NCBI GenBank assembly: GCA_001179505.1
Contig: CDMY01000086.1
Span: 131,520 to 195,519 of the forward strand
Direction: 5' to 3'
DNA: 64,000 nucleotides
Source: Vitrella brassicaformis CCMP3155
Lineage: Eukaryota; Protista; Chromerida
This document shows positions 11,501-24,533 of this stretch, piece after piece. Position 1 is the stretch's first letter, and each line of letters starts with the position of its first letter. The position numbers and the translations under genes are program-made. The notes beneath the pieces were generated by a model that saw only the letters and a list, made by a program, of their open reading frames with translations, was not told the origin of the DNA and made no database searches.

Positions 11501-14500
11501 ACACGTCCCACCGGTGTCCGGTCAAACCAATGGGATGGGGCGCAGATTACACTCCGCAGCAGTTGGTCATGTACCTCTCTTGATGCCCACAGAAAACACG
11601 CCGCAAACCTTGCAAAATACAGAGAAGAAGAGGGAGGGTTGTAATGCGTGGGGGAAAAAAGTTTTGCCTGCAAACGCACCCGAAGATCCCAACAAAACTT
11701 GCCCCCAGCATAGATAGGGCAACACCGCAGTATATGAGCAGATAGAAGTACTGCATCCAGCCCCGCTGCTCGAACCAATGAAAACCCATGTAACGACCGA
11801 ATGGAGGTGCCCGGCCACTTGTCCAGAGCCCGACAACAAACTCGAGAAGGTTTGGACAGGAGGCTGCCATCCAAGATGAGCATAATACGATGAAGAGCAC
11901 ACCTAATATGTGGGACGTCCGAAAATACCTACGCACATTGAAATCAATAAATCACAGCGAGAACGGAACGTGTGGCAGATCGTTAACCTTACCACCAGTA
12001 AACTTCAAAACCCACAGACCTGAGGGAGGGTACAATGGGATATTAGAGGACCTTGCACGTGCAAGGAATCTCGTCTTACCCACGATGGCGTTCCTCTGGC
12101 TCGACGAGCCGAGCGCCTGCGTTGGTTTTGGTGTCCTGCTGTCGTTTGCCTCTGTGCCCCGGGGGAAAGGTTACCCTCACTTCTCCAGCATAAGCTTGTA
12201 CAGAGCCGACAGAGAAGTCTCTCGCTATGCGCGGCACGGATGGCGCTGCAACGAGAGTCATGCCACTGCTTTCGTTCTTCTTCGCCGGACCAGCGTACGC
12301 GGAAAGGCTTGGAAAGCTGTCAGGATCGGGGGAAACGGCGGAATTGTACGTTTGCATTCACTTGCCATGTGATACGCTTGCTGACCTGCCTCGCTTGATC
12401 AATGAGACACGAGGCAAATCAGGCCCTGAGAAATCGTAGAGCACCTCCGGAGTACCCCTTCTTTGCAGCTCATGGAAGCGTCCAGCGGCAGCCACCCTTC
12501 CAGCGCGCAATACGATGATCCTCGATATTGACGGGTCCGCGAGGAATGCACCGAGAGCGTGGGCAACCAGAACGCAGGTGCGGTGGCGTCCGGTCCTTCC
12601 TCCAGCTGCCGATGTGTGGTGGCCCCAGAGGATTCCATTGGGGAACTGGAAGACCGCCTGCCACACCTTCCTCGTCGTTGTCGCGTCCAGCGAAGCAAAA
12701 GGATCGTCAATGAGGAACAGCTGCTGTGAAATCTCGGTTCCTTGGTCTTCATTGGCAAGCGATGCAGCATACACAGCCCTTGCCAGACTGATCCTCGCCC
12801 GTTGGCCGCCGGACAAACTGTGCCCACCTCCCTCGATTTCGGTGAGGTCTCCAGCGACAAACTCGGCAAGGTCTTCGCGGAGACATACGGCATCAATGAT
12901 CTTCTCATAAGCCTCAGGATGCTGCACACGTGTACAGACACAGGCATGCACACTGAGAGATCCTAAACATTGGTTGAGCTGTGAGATCCCGCTGTTGGGC
13001 GGGATTGTGGCTTACGAAGGGACGACGGAAGATGATGTTCTCACGGATTGTGCCAGCAACGATCCACGGTGACTGCGGAGCGTACCCGACGCCACCCCCA
13101 CTGTGCCCACGAATGGTGACTGACGCACGACCTGGAGCAGCAAAGCAGAGGCGCTGAGACACGCTTTGCCCAGCCTCATCAACCAATGGTTCGGTTACCT
13201 TCAGCCAGATTCATTTCCCCAAGAAAAGAAGCTAACAGGCTAGACTTTCCTGCACCCGACGGGCCGAGGACCACGATCAGATCGCCCTCCATCACCCTCA
13301 TCCTGATCTCCCGCAACGCGAGCGATCCCGCAGTGTTCGCCCCCGTGGAGGCGTCCCTGGATGGTGGGCGCCAGCTGAAACTGGCATCTCTGAAGTCGAT
13401 CACCGGGTGTCTCTTAGCGGGGCGCGCTCGCTGTGTCCGCAAAGGTCCCACCGTAAGGTCCAAATCGCCTGTCGTAGCCGTCCGGGCCCGCGACGTCTGC
13501 GGCACCTGGACAGCATCCGTCACATGGCCCTCGTCGACATCGTAGAAGACGTCCTCCACAGCCGAAGAGACATCAGGTCTCTCCCCCTGACTGTAGACAC
13601 TAGAAGAACGCAGACGTGACGGATTAGAAAGTGAAACACGATCGGCAGGCGGGAGAGACTCAGTTGCCACAAGAGACGCCGAGCTCGACGTCAATCCACG
13701 GGGTCTCATCCGGCGCAGTGCTTCGGGCTCCGGCTCCGTGTCGTGCTCACACGCGGACTGGAAGCCATCGACATCACTCCCTCCCTCGCCGGGCCCTCCA
13801 CGGCCCTGACGTCCATCGGGCAGGTAGTACCCATCGCTAGACACCGGAGGCAATGATGGACTGGGCGTTGGCCTTTGTGGCAGCGATGGTGCACCCTGCC
13901 TGCCACCCGTGCCCGAGCGAGTGGAAGCGGGGGCCTCTACCCTGTCGTCCTGGAGGAGGAAGTCCGACAACCGCCGGATAGATACTTGAGCGATGATGAA
14001 GAGCTTCAGCACGCGAGGGATGTCATTTATCGCATTCAGGAAGCTACGGGAGGTACACAAGAAAGGCAGTAGCCAGCAATGCTTCCTCCGAGAGGTGTGT
14101 GCACATTCCCGTGTCTCCCGTTGGTCCCCGCCCCTGGCCCTACCGCTCGATGAATGCAAAGGTCGTGTATGTCGATGATGTGGACTGGAGGGAGCCGGAC
14201 TGCAGCACGATGGTGATGACGGTCGCCAGCTTGACCACCGCAGGGGTGCAGACAAACAGGAACTTGCTGCACGCGCTGAGGTAGGTCTGCGCTCCAAATC
14301 GGCGCAGTTCGTTTGAGCGCATTCGGTCGATGCGCTGGTAGGCGTGTTGTTCCCATGAGAGCATCTTGACGGTGCGGATGTTCTGGAGTATCTCCTTGGA
14401 GGCGCGCAGCCTGGCGTCTCTGAAGAGCATCATGCGTCGAATGAGGTGCTGGATGCGGGACAGGATGAGCCCGTTGACGGCGACCAGCAGCAGCACGACT

Positions 14501-15711
14501 GTGAGGACGATCCAGAAGGACGTCTGGTTGTTGAGCTCCCGGTAAAGGAAAGTGAAGTTGATCAGCACCTTGATAGGCTTGGACCACAACTCGTGGAAGT
14601 CATTGATTGCCTCGCCCACACGATGGGTGTCCACTGATATGAAGTCATTCAACTCTCCTGCGTAAGCAATACACATCGGACAGAAACACCTGTCACGCAC
14701 CTTGTCGACATGCCAACCCGCCCCCCTGTGTCTGTCTGACGGTCCACCCCGTTCTACTACCCAGCGAGGCCGCCTACCCCGCCCCAACCACCGACCTGAG
14801 CTGAGTGTCACCCGTGAGGCGGCAGCAACAGCCATGACCTCCACCTCAGTGTCCTCGTCGCTTTCGTGATGCTTGGAGCTCCTGGTTGTGTCGGTGAGGT
14901 TCTTGGTGATCGCTGGCCGACCTCCACTGCCTCCATCTGGGGGCGCCTCACGTGGCGGCAGCAGCGGTGTCGACTCCGTCACGTCACTCGCGTCGGCATC
15001 GGACAAGTCAGCGTTGCTCATCCTCCGACTGGACGAAGGTGGACCGCCACCACGAGTGGTCGTGTGGCCCTTGGGCGGGTGCTTGTCCGATTGATGACTG
15101 GCCGTGAGAGCTCCCCTCTGCATACTCCGTCGGAAGACAGCGCTGACAAGGGCTGACTTGGTGCGCAGGCCCACCCTCCTTGCCCCGAAGCGGAAGTGCT
15201 GTGTGCATAGGGCTCCGATGAGCTGTACAAAGACGATAGAGGCCCCGATGAGGACGCCGTCATTGAGGTCGCGTCCTGAGGGGTTCTCCATGTACTCGAT
15301 AAAGCGCTTCATGAGCAGGGGCTGCAGCGGGGTGAGGATCAGCTCCACCATCTTGAGAATGCCCAGCCAATAAAGGGGACTGAGCAGCGACCGATGCAGC
15401 GCCCGCAACAGAGACCGGTCCGCCTTGGTGTGCCCCATCACCTCCTCATCGAGGGCACTTGAGAACCTCTCACACGTCACCTCGGTCGCGTCATTCTGCC
15501 ACAGGGGCGGCACATCATCCGACGTGTACTGCCGCAAACCACCAATGCTCAGCAACCTGGTACACACACACACACACACACGCACGTGCCACAATGAGCA
15601 TTGCTCTGCAGAGAGCGAGCGTCCTTCATCTATCATGTGTTGACACGTGACATACCCGCCGACATGGCCGAAGGTGAGGAATGACAACCAGCCTGGTGGT
15701 CGTGTGCCCAT
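8513..15711 (-). CDS. ABCC: ABCC/MRP-type ABC transporter (TMD1-NBD1-TMD2-NBD2), multi-exon
   Basis: NBD1 has Walker A GPSGAGKSS, signature LSGGQRARISLARAVY and LIDDPFASLD. TMD2 has WFDRTPVGRVMNRLS. NBD2 has GRSGAGKTS, IAIVPQNPVLFSGSVRHNLDP, LSLGQKQLLC..ILLDEAS and DKTVVMITHRL. TGA at 8513-8515; ATG at 15711 (MGTRPPGWLSFLTF). Confidence 0.93.
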
Positions 15712-16123
15712 CGGCGGCGTCGTTGGTTCACAGGGAAGGCGGCCTTAGCTGAGCCAGTCGAAGAGCGATGACCTGACAGAGGCACAACACAAACAAGTCA
15801 CAGGAGCACTGATGCAAAGGCGGCGATGGATCACTGCAAACTCGTGAAGCTTGTCACATGCCCCAGATACCTTGTACGAACCTTCGGATGTGATCTGCCC
15901 TTCTCCACTTGCAGTACGAATCCTGCTTGACATTTCGGCATTCTCAAACTCATAGATCACCGACGAAAATGACCAGATCTGACCAACACTCGCAATTCTA
16001 AGCTCGCATCTTGCAGGATCGAATTCATCTTTTGCTTTCCCCCTGAATCCGGAGAGGAGTCAAGCATAGCCACGTGACTCGGTGCAGCTATCAATCTCAA
16101 ATCTGTCCACCTATATATCCAGG

Positions 16124-19100
16124 TCACTCATCAGCATACACCTCTTCACGCTCCAGCAGAGCAAACAAGGCAGCACCGGCCCGGAAGCCGCACGGCACTT
16201 CCCCCACCCGTGGCCACCATGGACATGCAATGCAATGCATGCATTGTTTGACTGACGGCCGGACCGGATGTGGGCATTTTAAACCGACATTCCCAACCCA
16301 ACTACCCGCCCCACCGACTCGACTGAAGGATGGATGCATGGCAATCAATCGTACTTACTTTGCCGGACAAACGGCATACATCCCCATCCCAGCCACCCAT
16401 CAACCTTGATGTCCAGCAACTAAATGCACCCTAGCTTGCTGTGTCCACACAAACATCGGTTGCATCATCCCCCGTTGATGAGTGCCTGTGAGACAGCTGC
16501 TGCACTGGCGCTTTTGTCGGCACTCTGCTGGCGCAATTTTCGTGCCTTTGCCAGCAGTTCCTGCAAAGAACACGACAAACGGCACCGTTTGTACACAACT
16601 GACTGAACCATCGAGTGGGTGCTGCGTGCCCGTCTGGCTAACATGTTCACTAGCTCAGCTGGCTGCCCAGCGCACCGCCCCACTCACTCACTGGCTGATT
16701 GATGCATTCATTCATTGATTGCCCCAGTATGTATGTACATCCCCTAGGTGCACCCACCCCCTCTACTTACCCGTGCATGTGCTATGTGGTTGAGTGATGC
16801 AGTCTGCTCCGCCAGCTGCTGCACGATGACGAGCACGTCCACAGCGTCGTCCGGCCGCCCCACCTCGATGAGTGCGCGGGCGTACTCGGTGCGCAGCTCA
16901 TACTCCTGCAGCAGACGCGCCCGCTGACGAGAGTCCTCACGGGGGCTCGTGTGCTCGCTCGAGGGCTGGGACCGGGGAGGCAGCAGCTCAAGGATCCTCT
17001 CATAGTATTCTAGGCTGGCACTGAACTGCATCAAAGAAAAGTGGCCCTGGGCCGCCATACTAGCAAGGAAGGAAGGAGCACACACAAGCACACGTCGCGA
17101 ATAAGTCAAACAGGATGGATCGATGTATTGCGAACGCCTGGCATGTTTTGTCTGCCTGCTCTCGTACGCACCGCAGCATTCGTCTGTGTGTTTTGTGTCT
17201 TGAGGTGGCAGCTTCCTTGATGACCTGCAGGGCCCTGTCGTAATTCTTGACCTGCACAAACATGGTATCAGATATCCAGTTGGCCAGGCTGGTGACAAGA
17301 CGTTTCGGGATACTGGCTGACCTTCCACAAACAGGTGGTCAGCTGGTACTCCACATCAGGCAAGTCCTGCAGTGAAGTGAGCACAAAAGGGGAAAAGGTC
17401 CTGCAGCCATCAACACACACACACACACACACACACGCAGAGTTCATGTATGTTCCACTTTTCCTCCCTCCTTTCCTTCTGCTCCTTTCCTGCTCGGCTC
17501 GGCTGCCCTTTTACCGACCGACCTTGAAATGAGGTCGAACATGTGAATGGCCCATGCGGGGCTCCCATCCTCCACCGCTGCTGCCTGGGCCTGCATTGTT
17601 TGTGCCACCCTCCCACCGCCGCCGCCACCACTACCACTACTCTCACCCACACTGACTCCTGTCTGTGTGGGTGGCACAGGGGGCGGGCTGCTTGCCGTCG
17701 CCTGGGGGTGCTGTTGGTGCTTTGGGCCGTGGAAGATGACCACCTGTAGGGCCAGACACACTTGGCGCAGCTGCGGGGCTGGCAGCTCCTTAAGGCTGGC
17801 CTCCACTGACGCCGCCAGATCGACAGAGGTCTCGCTTCGCGACTTGCTCTCGATGTCGCGGAGGGCCATGGCCACCAGCATCTGCCCCAGGAGCAGCGAG
17901 AGGGCAGGGGCGTGCGGCAGCAGACGGTGGTCATGCAAAGCCGATATACGACTTCCCTACCGAAACAGACAGACAGATAGGGCGGCCAACACTGGGTCCA
18001 TCCATTGATTTATTTGCGTATGTGTGAGTGTGTCTGACGTACGTACGTACCTGTGCCATTCCGGTGATGAGTTTGGGTAGTTCGTGGTGCAGCCAGGCGT
18101 GGTCCAGCATATCCACGCCACCCAACGCGTCAATGCGGCATCGCAGCCACCGAGACACACACAGATCCCTTGGGCAACCAACCAAGTGACACAACACCCA
18201 CACAAACACCAGACAAGGAAAGACAACATCTCCTTGCTTGGCCGTCGGTCGTCTGTGTGCACGTCTGTCTGTGACTATGTTAATCATTCTTACTTCTGAT
18301 ATCCATTGAGGAGTATTGCTGTTTCGAATTCAGGGTCCCAGTATTCGTCGCTCATCCCGCCGCAGTACATGGCCCACGCCAGCTCCGAACACAACACACC
18401 TCTGTCCTCCTCTACACATACATTCGTACAACACACACATGTTGGCAGAGACACACACACCATACCACAGGAGGTGGGTGAGTGACACACGTGCCTGTCC
18501 GTTCGGTTGTCCGTCCGTCCGTCCGTCCCACGCGTGTATCTACCTACCTTTGATATGGTCTTTGGCTTGGTCCATCATGTTGATGGCGAGTGGCCAGTTC
18601 TCGAGTGCAGCATAGCATCGGCCGACTTCAAATTGCAGGTATCCGGGGCTTGGGCGCCCCTCCTTGATGCTCTGCCAGAGGGGCTGCAGGCTCTTACGGA
18701 CACTCTTGTCAAACTCAAACGCCTCAGAGGCCCACGGCAACGCCTTATCGGGCTGTCCCAACTCACGCAGCAAACGACACGCATTGTACCTGCACCATTG
18801 ACACACCGTAACATACCACACACACACAGGAGAGAAGAGAAAGCATGCGCAGATATCTCCCTCCCTCCCTCCCTTCCCCCCTCCGTGTCTCTGCATCCAT
18901 GGCCAGCTGCCCTCGGCCTGCAGGTGTGACTGGCTGACTGGCTGTCTGGCTAGCTGGCTGTCTGAGTGCTTGAGTAGCGTGGCGTGCTTGAGTGCGTCCC
19001 CCCCTCCCTGCCTACCTGGCTTCTCGCAGGTTGAGGAGTGACAGTTCTTCCCCGTCTTCCTTCCACACGTCGGGCCCTGGCCATGCCTCGCCTTTACGAA

Positions 19101-22100
19101 CCGAATTGCGCTCCCATATGGCACGGCTGTGACTGTCATCCTGACACACACACACACACACACACACGAGACCCAGACAGCCAGGCATGCAAGGAATCAA
19201 TGATCCCGACCGACCGACTGACCAACGACGGTAACTAAAGTCTGGGCGTACCTGTAGGAATTTCATGATCCAGAAGAGAGCCGATGTGTCGTCGGAAAGG
19301 GGGTCGATGATCAGGCAGGCCTCTTTGCCGGTGGCCACCGCTGTCCCCACCCCCCCATCCCTCTGGGCACCACCCCCCGGGGTTGGCTGTCTTGCCTGTT
19401 TCTTGTCCTTCTTCTTCTTATCTTTGTCCCACCCCTTGGTGATGTTGAGGCGCCAGTATGCCTTGGCGATGTCGTATGTGACACAGCAGAAGGTGATGTC
19501 GTGCTTGGCCACCTTGAGGAGGTAATCGAGCGCCTCCAACTCCTGACCACGGTCCAGTAGCATACGACCCAACCACAGGGTCATCTGAGGGAGATAGATA
19601 CCACAACCAGGGAGGGAGGGACCGGGGGAGGAAGACATGCAACAGACAAACGAGCCAGACAAACGAATGCATGCATGTATGTATGGCTGCCTGTGTGTCG
19701 TGTTTGCTCCCTCCCTCCCTCCCTGTCTGTCTGACCTCGAGTGATGGGTAGAGGAAGTATGTGTCGCCTCCAAGGGGAGGGGTGTCCTTGTGCTTGACCT
19801 CCCTCTCGTCCCCACTAGTTTCAGGGGGCCTCTGCTCCTCACCCACCGCCATCATGTGGGAGACATCATGCTGCAGGATAGCCTTGGCCGCCTCTCCGTT
19901 GCCATTGCCATTGGGGAGGGCCTGCATGTCGGACCCCACTGTGATGGATAGGCCGGCAGGGATGCATGACGGGCGGCCCAAAGACAGGGGGTCCAGCTCG
20001 CTCTCATCCTCATTCGTCAGGCCCACCCTCTCGGAATCCCCCTGGTCGCGGCGGCCGGCATCCGTCCCTCTCCCCCGGCCTCGGCCGCCCCTCAGCGTGC
20101 GGCGAAGCCCCGCCAGCACGCCGCTGTCATCGGCTGGTGGCTGCTCCCGCCCACTGCTGCCACTTGACACAGGCGGGGAGCGGTAATGGGAGGGCGAGTC
20201 GAGTGATGGGGGTGTCAAGTGGGGCCCTAGCTGTGGCAAAGACGGCGGCACACCGCTGCTGCCCATGCTGCTGGGTGGCTCGGATGCAGGCGGGGCACGA
20301 GACGACTCCTCGCTGACTGCAGATGGGGCGGCCAGTGTGGGTGGGGCCGTCAGCTGCTGTTGGCCAGATGCCGTGGTTGCGCTATCGGGGAGTGGGTGTC
20401 TATTGACGTATGCCTTGAGTGCCTCGATGGCTCTGTCCTCCATCTGGTGCACCTTCTTGGTCGCCACAAACTTGCGCTGAAACTTGGGGTCCCGCATGAG
20501 GGATGAGGCCAGCAGCAGCACCTTGCAGTGCTCACGCTCCGCCTGCTCCGTGTTGAGCACGTCCAGGGCCCCCCACCAACCGCCCAAAGCCAGGGGCGGC
20601 TCACTTGACACCAGCGACTGAATGAACCAACGTCAGTCGCAACAAACACATATACAGAATGCATCCCATATATCCACATACGTGACAGACAGACAGAGGG
20701 ACGCTTCGCTTTGTGTGAGGTGCGGTGCGTGCATCGAACGCTCTCCATTCATGCTGGCTGGCATAAGCGCATGCATAGATAGGTGCGTAGTGTATGTACG
20801 CACCTCGAGTAGCTTTTCGGCCCTTGAGTTTTCTCTGACGCAAAGGCATGCCCTGGCGTAGCAGACCCGTATGCGTGCGTTGGTCTTGTCGACCTTCAGA
20901 CCCGTGTAGCCTGCATTCATGGCCTCACGATAGTGCCTGACACACACATACACATACATCCACACATTGAGACTCACTCACTCCTCCTGCACTGTCGGTT
21001 TGTCAGTGTGCGTCCCGTCAGTCCGTCAGTCCGTGGGTACCTGACAGTCATGAGTGCTTCGATGAGGTTGGCGGTGAGCATGGTCTCGAGGCTCTTTGGC
21101 AGCCCCCACTTCTTGGCTTTCAGCCCTTTACGGAACCATTTGATGGCGGCGTGGGGGTCGGGGGGCGACTTGGCTTGGCATAACACACCATAGTTCAAAC
21201 AGATGCTCGGACGCCAACCAGCCAGACTTGCCGCACGCTGACAGACAGACCAGACACAGAGGCAGGCAGGCAGGCAGGCAGGGAGGAAAAGAGCCACAAG
21301 GAGGCGTTGGTTGGCGTGTGCGTGAGTATCGGTGAATGTCCCTCCCTCCCACTCTCCTGCCCCCTTTGCTGACTTGCATGTATGGCAGTGCCTCGTATGG
21401 CCCGTGTGTCATCCGCACGGTGATTGCGAGTTCCATGAGTGCGTCCGGGAAGTCAGGCCGCACGTCGACTGCCTTGTGCAGGTCGTTGTAGGCCTCATCG
21501 TACCGCCCCTCACGCAAGGACAGCAGACCCAGGTACAGAAGCGCACGGTGGTTCCGCGGGTTGGCCTCAAGCGTCTCCTGTGACAAACGATGATGATCAC
21601 ACACACAGGCAGGCAGACGCAGCCATGAATGGACAGATGGATAGATGGATCGACAGCCTTACTTAGGCCATGCAGCCATGCGTCCGTGCGCTTTGCTCAC
21701 CAGCAGGTTTTGCTTGACAGCAGGGTAGTTGGCGAGGTGGTAGAGATTGCGTAGCAGCCACAACTCCCACGCCACGATGTCACGCACCTCAACCATACCC
21801 AACCTGAGGCACACACGACACGCCGCAGGTATGTGTGTGTCGTATGGATGGATGTATGTATGGCTGGATGCTTCTGCAATCCCACCAAGATCTGTCCCTC
21901 ATTTCCCTGGCGACATCCCTGTTGAGAGGCGTCATGTGATGGGTCGCCCAGCACACCAGGTACAGAGGGAACTCCACGAACTGCAGCAGCAGCGCCAATC
22001 CTCCCAGCGTCAAAGTCACCCCCCCGCCCCCGCCCACAATCAGCTTGGGTTGCAGGGGCAGGTCGGGGCATGCCTGTCCGCCCAGCAGCAGGATAGCGTA

Positions 22101-24428
22101 GAACATGAGGGTGAAGAACACACCCATGGTGCCTGCAAACTGCTTGGCGGTGGGCGGGCTCAGGGCGGTCTCCACGGGCTGTGTGTGCAGGGCGGCGCGG
22201 CGATTGAACTCGACGAAGTCCAGCCGGGCCAGTGTGGCGTACAGGTGAGAGTTGAGCAGCAGCTCCATCGACTGGGAAGGGCTCAGCGCTGCACACACCA
22301 ACACACATAAATTCACCGAGTCCATCCAGTACATCCCTCTGTCCTGTCCCTCCCCTCCCTACTTACCGAATACGAGTATGGGTGCGACCCTTGCACAGAA
22401 TGCCGAAATGAAGACCAGGAGCCGCATGAGTGTCCCGCCCGGCAGGAAGAGGTACAAGAGTCGCGGGTCGCCCGGCCGATAATCCCACAGCTGCGGCACG
22501 GCCAGCGTGAGCACCCCACCAAATGCCAGCACCGGGGTGAGAAGGCAGCACCAGGCCCCCCCGAAGCCCACGAACCTCTCGACCACGGGCGTCCGCTTGC
22601 CGAGTAGGAAGTCCCATCCCAGCATTCGGTAAGACTCCCGTATGAAGCAGATGGACCAGAGGGATGCCGCCACCCACACGCACAACCCGGCAGCGGGCAG
22701 GAGAGCCGCAGACAGCACCAACGTCACGGCCAACGCTGGCGTCTCCTTGGAACTCCTAAATACACACACACACACACACACACACAGACCAGGCAGACAA
22801 TGAACTGAGCTCACTGTGGTGTAGGCGGTTGCTACAAATGTGCCTCCTGTCTGGATTGGATTGCTGCCCCTGTCCTGTCCCGTCATGCCTGGCTGCCTGC
22901 CCATGGTGACTGACTGACTGACTGACCATCTTGAGTGTGGGTATGGGAGGTTTCCGTCCCAGTCCACATGGACGCCGAGGATCAGCAGCGCCACGCCCCA
23001 GGTCAGCCCCACCAGCGCCACGAACCCATAGAGAACCGACCTGTCCCTCGACACGCCCATGGCCGCCTCGGTCAGGTACAGCGGCAGCGCCAGCACACGC
23101 AGCATGTGGCAGCTGTAGAGCGTGAAGACACCAACCACTCCCACACCAACCCAAGCCACAAACGCACTCACGAAGAACCCATCCACTGTCCCGAACACCG
23201 GAGGGGCCATCTTGTTGGGCACCGCAGAGCCTTCACCGTCATCCAGCGCCGAGGGGGCCGCGACAGCCATCAGCTTGGCCAGATCAGCCGCCGGGTACGG
23301 GGAAGGCTGCTGCTGGCCTGCTGCTCTGGGGCTGCTGACATGCACTGGGGCTGGCTGTGGGGAGCCTGTGCGTACGGTCATGAAGGACTGCACCACGATG
23401 CAGGCGATGCCGAGTGCCAGCCACCCCATGCAGCACGATAGGGCAAAGTCCACGGCCCTGTCGTGTCGTCGTGACCCATCCTGAAGCCGGGACACAAACG
23501 CTCCCAGGGGATGTCTGTGAACAATAACACCACACGGACCACACGACCCCGTGTGTGTTGGAAGGAAGGTAGGTACGTTTGTGAGGGAGTGAAAGAGTGA
23601 CTGAGTGAGTGCGGTATTGGATGATGCCTGCCTGACCTGGGCAGGTGTGCTGGCGGTGCGCTGAAGTACCGATCGGGCTCCTCCAAGAACATGTAACAGC
23701 GAGTCCTGACAGACACACACACAGACAGATACGTGCAGACCAACCAACCATGGTACCCAGCTGAGAGCACGTCATGTCCGAATTGCCTCCATCCATCCAT
23801 CCATCCATCCATCCATCCCCCCGTACTTGTAGAGCAGTTTCTTGCCATAGATGGCGCCCAGAAAGAAGGCCAGGACCAGCACAGCCGCCCGCACCACCCA
23901 TGCGCCGGTCTCTCCCAGCCAGTCCCTCATGGCTGCATCGTACGCACCACCCTCACTCCCTGCTGCGGCATCACCCTCGGTCGCCCCAGCCGGCGTGTGT
24001 GTGTGCGGCACCATGACTACCACACCGATGGCGAATGTGAGCATCAGCAGGAGGGCGCTGCACCCCAAGAGGTCGACTGTCGTGCGCCAGCGGTCAGCGA
24101 CGCGCCATGACTGGAGACACCCGCAGCATCCACTGCCTGAGTTGTTGCGTGGGACGGTGAGGTCATGTATGTGCTCTTCTGTCAGCCCATCCTCCTCCTC
24201 CCTGTGGGTCTCCGGTGTGGTGGTCAACGCGACGGGCACACTCACAGCCGGTGCGGGCAGCTGGTGCCGGGTAGCCGTCGGGACGGACACATAGCCGGCC
24301 GGTATGGATGACTCCGTGGTGCTGCGCCGACTGGCACCATCGCGCTGTGGCGGGCCGTCGCCTGCACCTCCCGGCAGCAAGGGCGTAGAGAGATCTTTGA
24401 CAGACGATGGATGCATTGAGCTCGTCAA
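16124..24428 (-). CDS. Large protein with N-terminal multi-pass membrane region and C-terminal TPR repeats
   Basis: About 10-12 hydrophobic segments in exons at 21900-24130. TPR-like exons include ETLEANPRNHRALLYLGLLSLREGRYDEAYNDLHKAVDVRPDFPDALMELA, LWLGRMLLDRGQELEALDYLLKV, LQFEVGRCYAALENWPLAINMMDQA and EYARALIEVGRPDDAVDVL. All exons are collinear on the minus strand, but a single-gene model is an inference. Confidence 0.68.
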
Positions 24429-24533
24429 GACGGCAACACAACAGAAGGTGCCTCAATCAATGCCTGATGCGGAGGGGCAAACACACATTCACTCATCCAC
24501 AGAGACTGGCGTCATGCCTTTCTTGGAGCTTAC

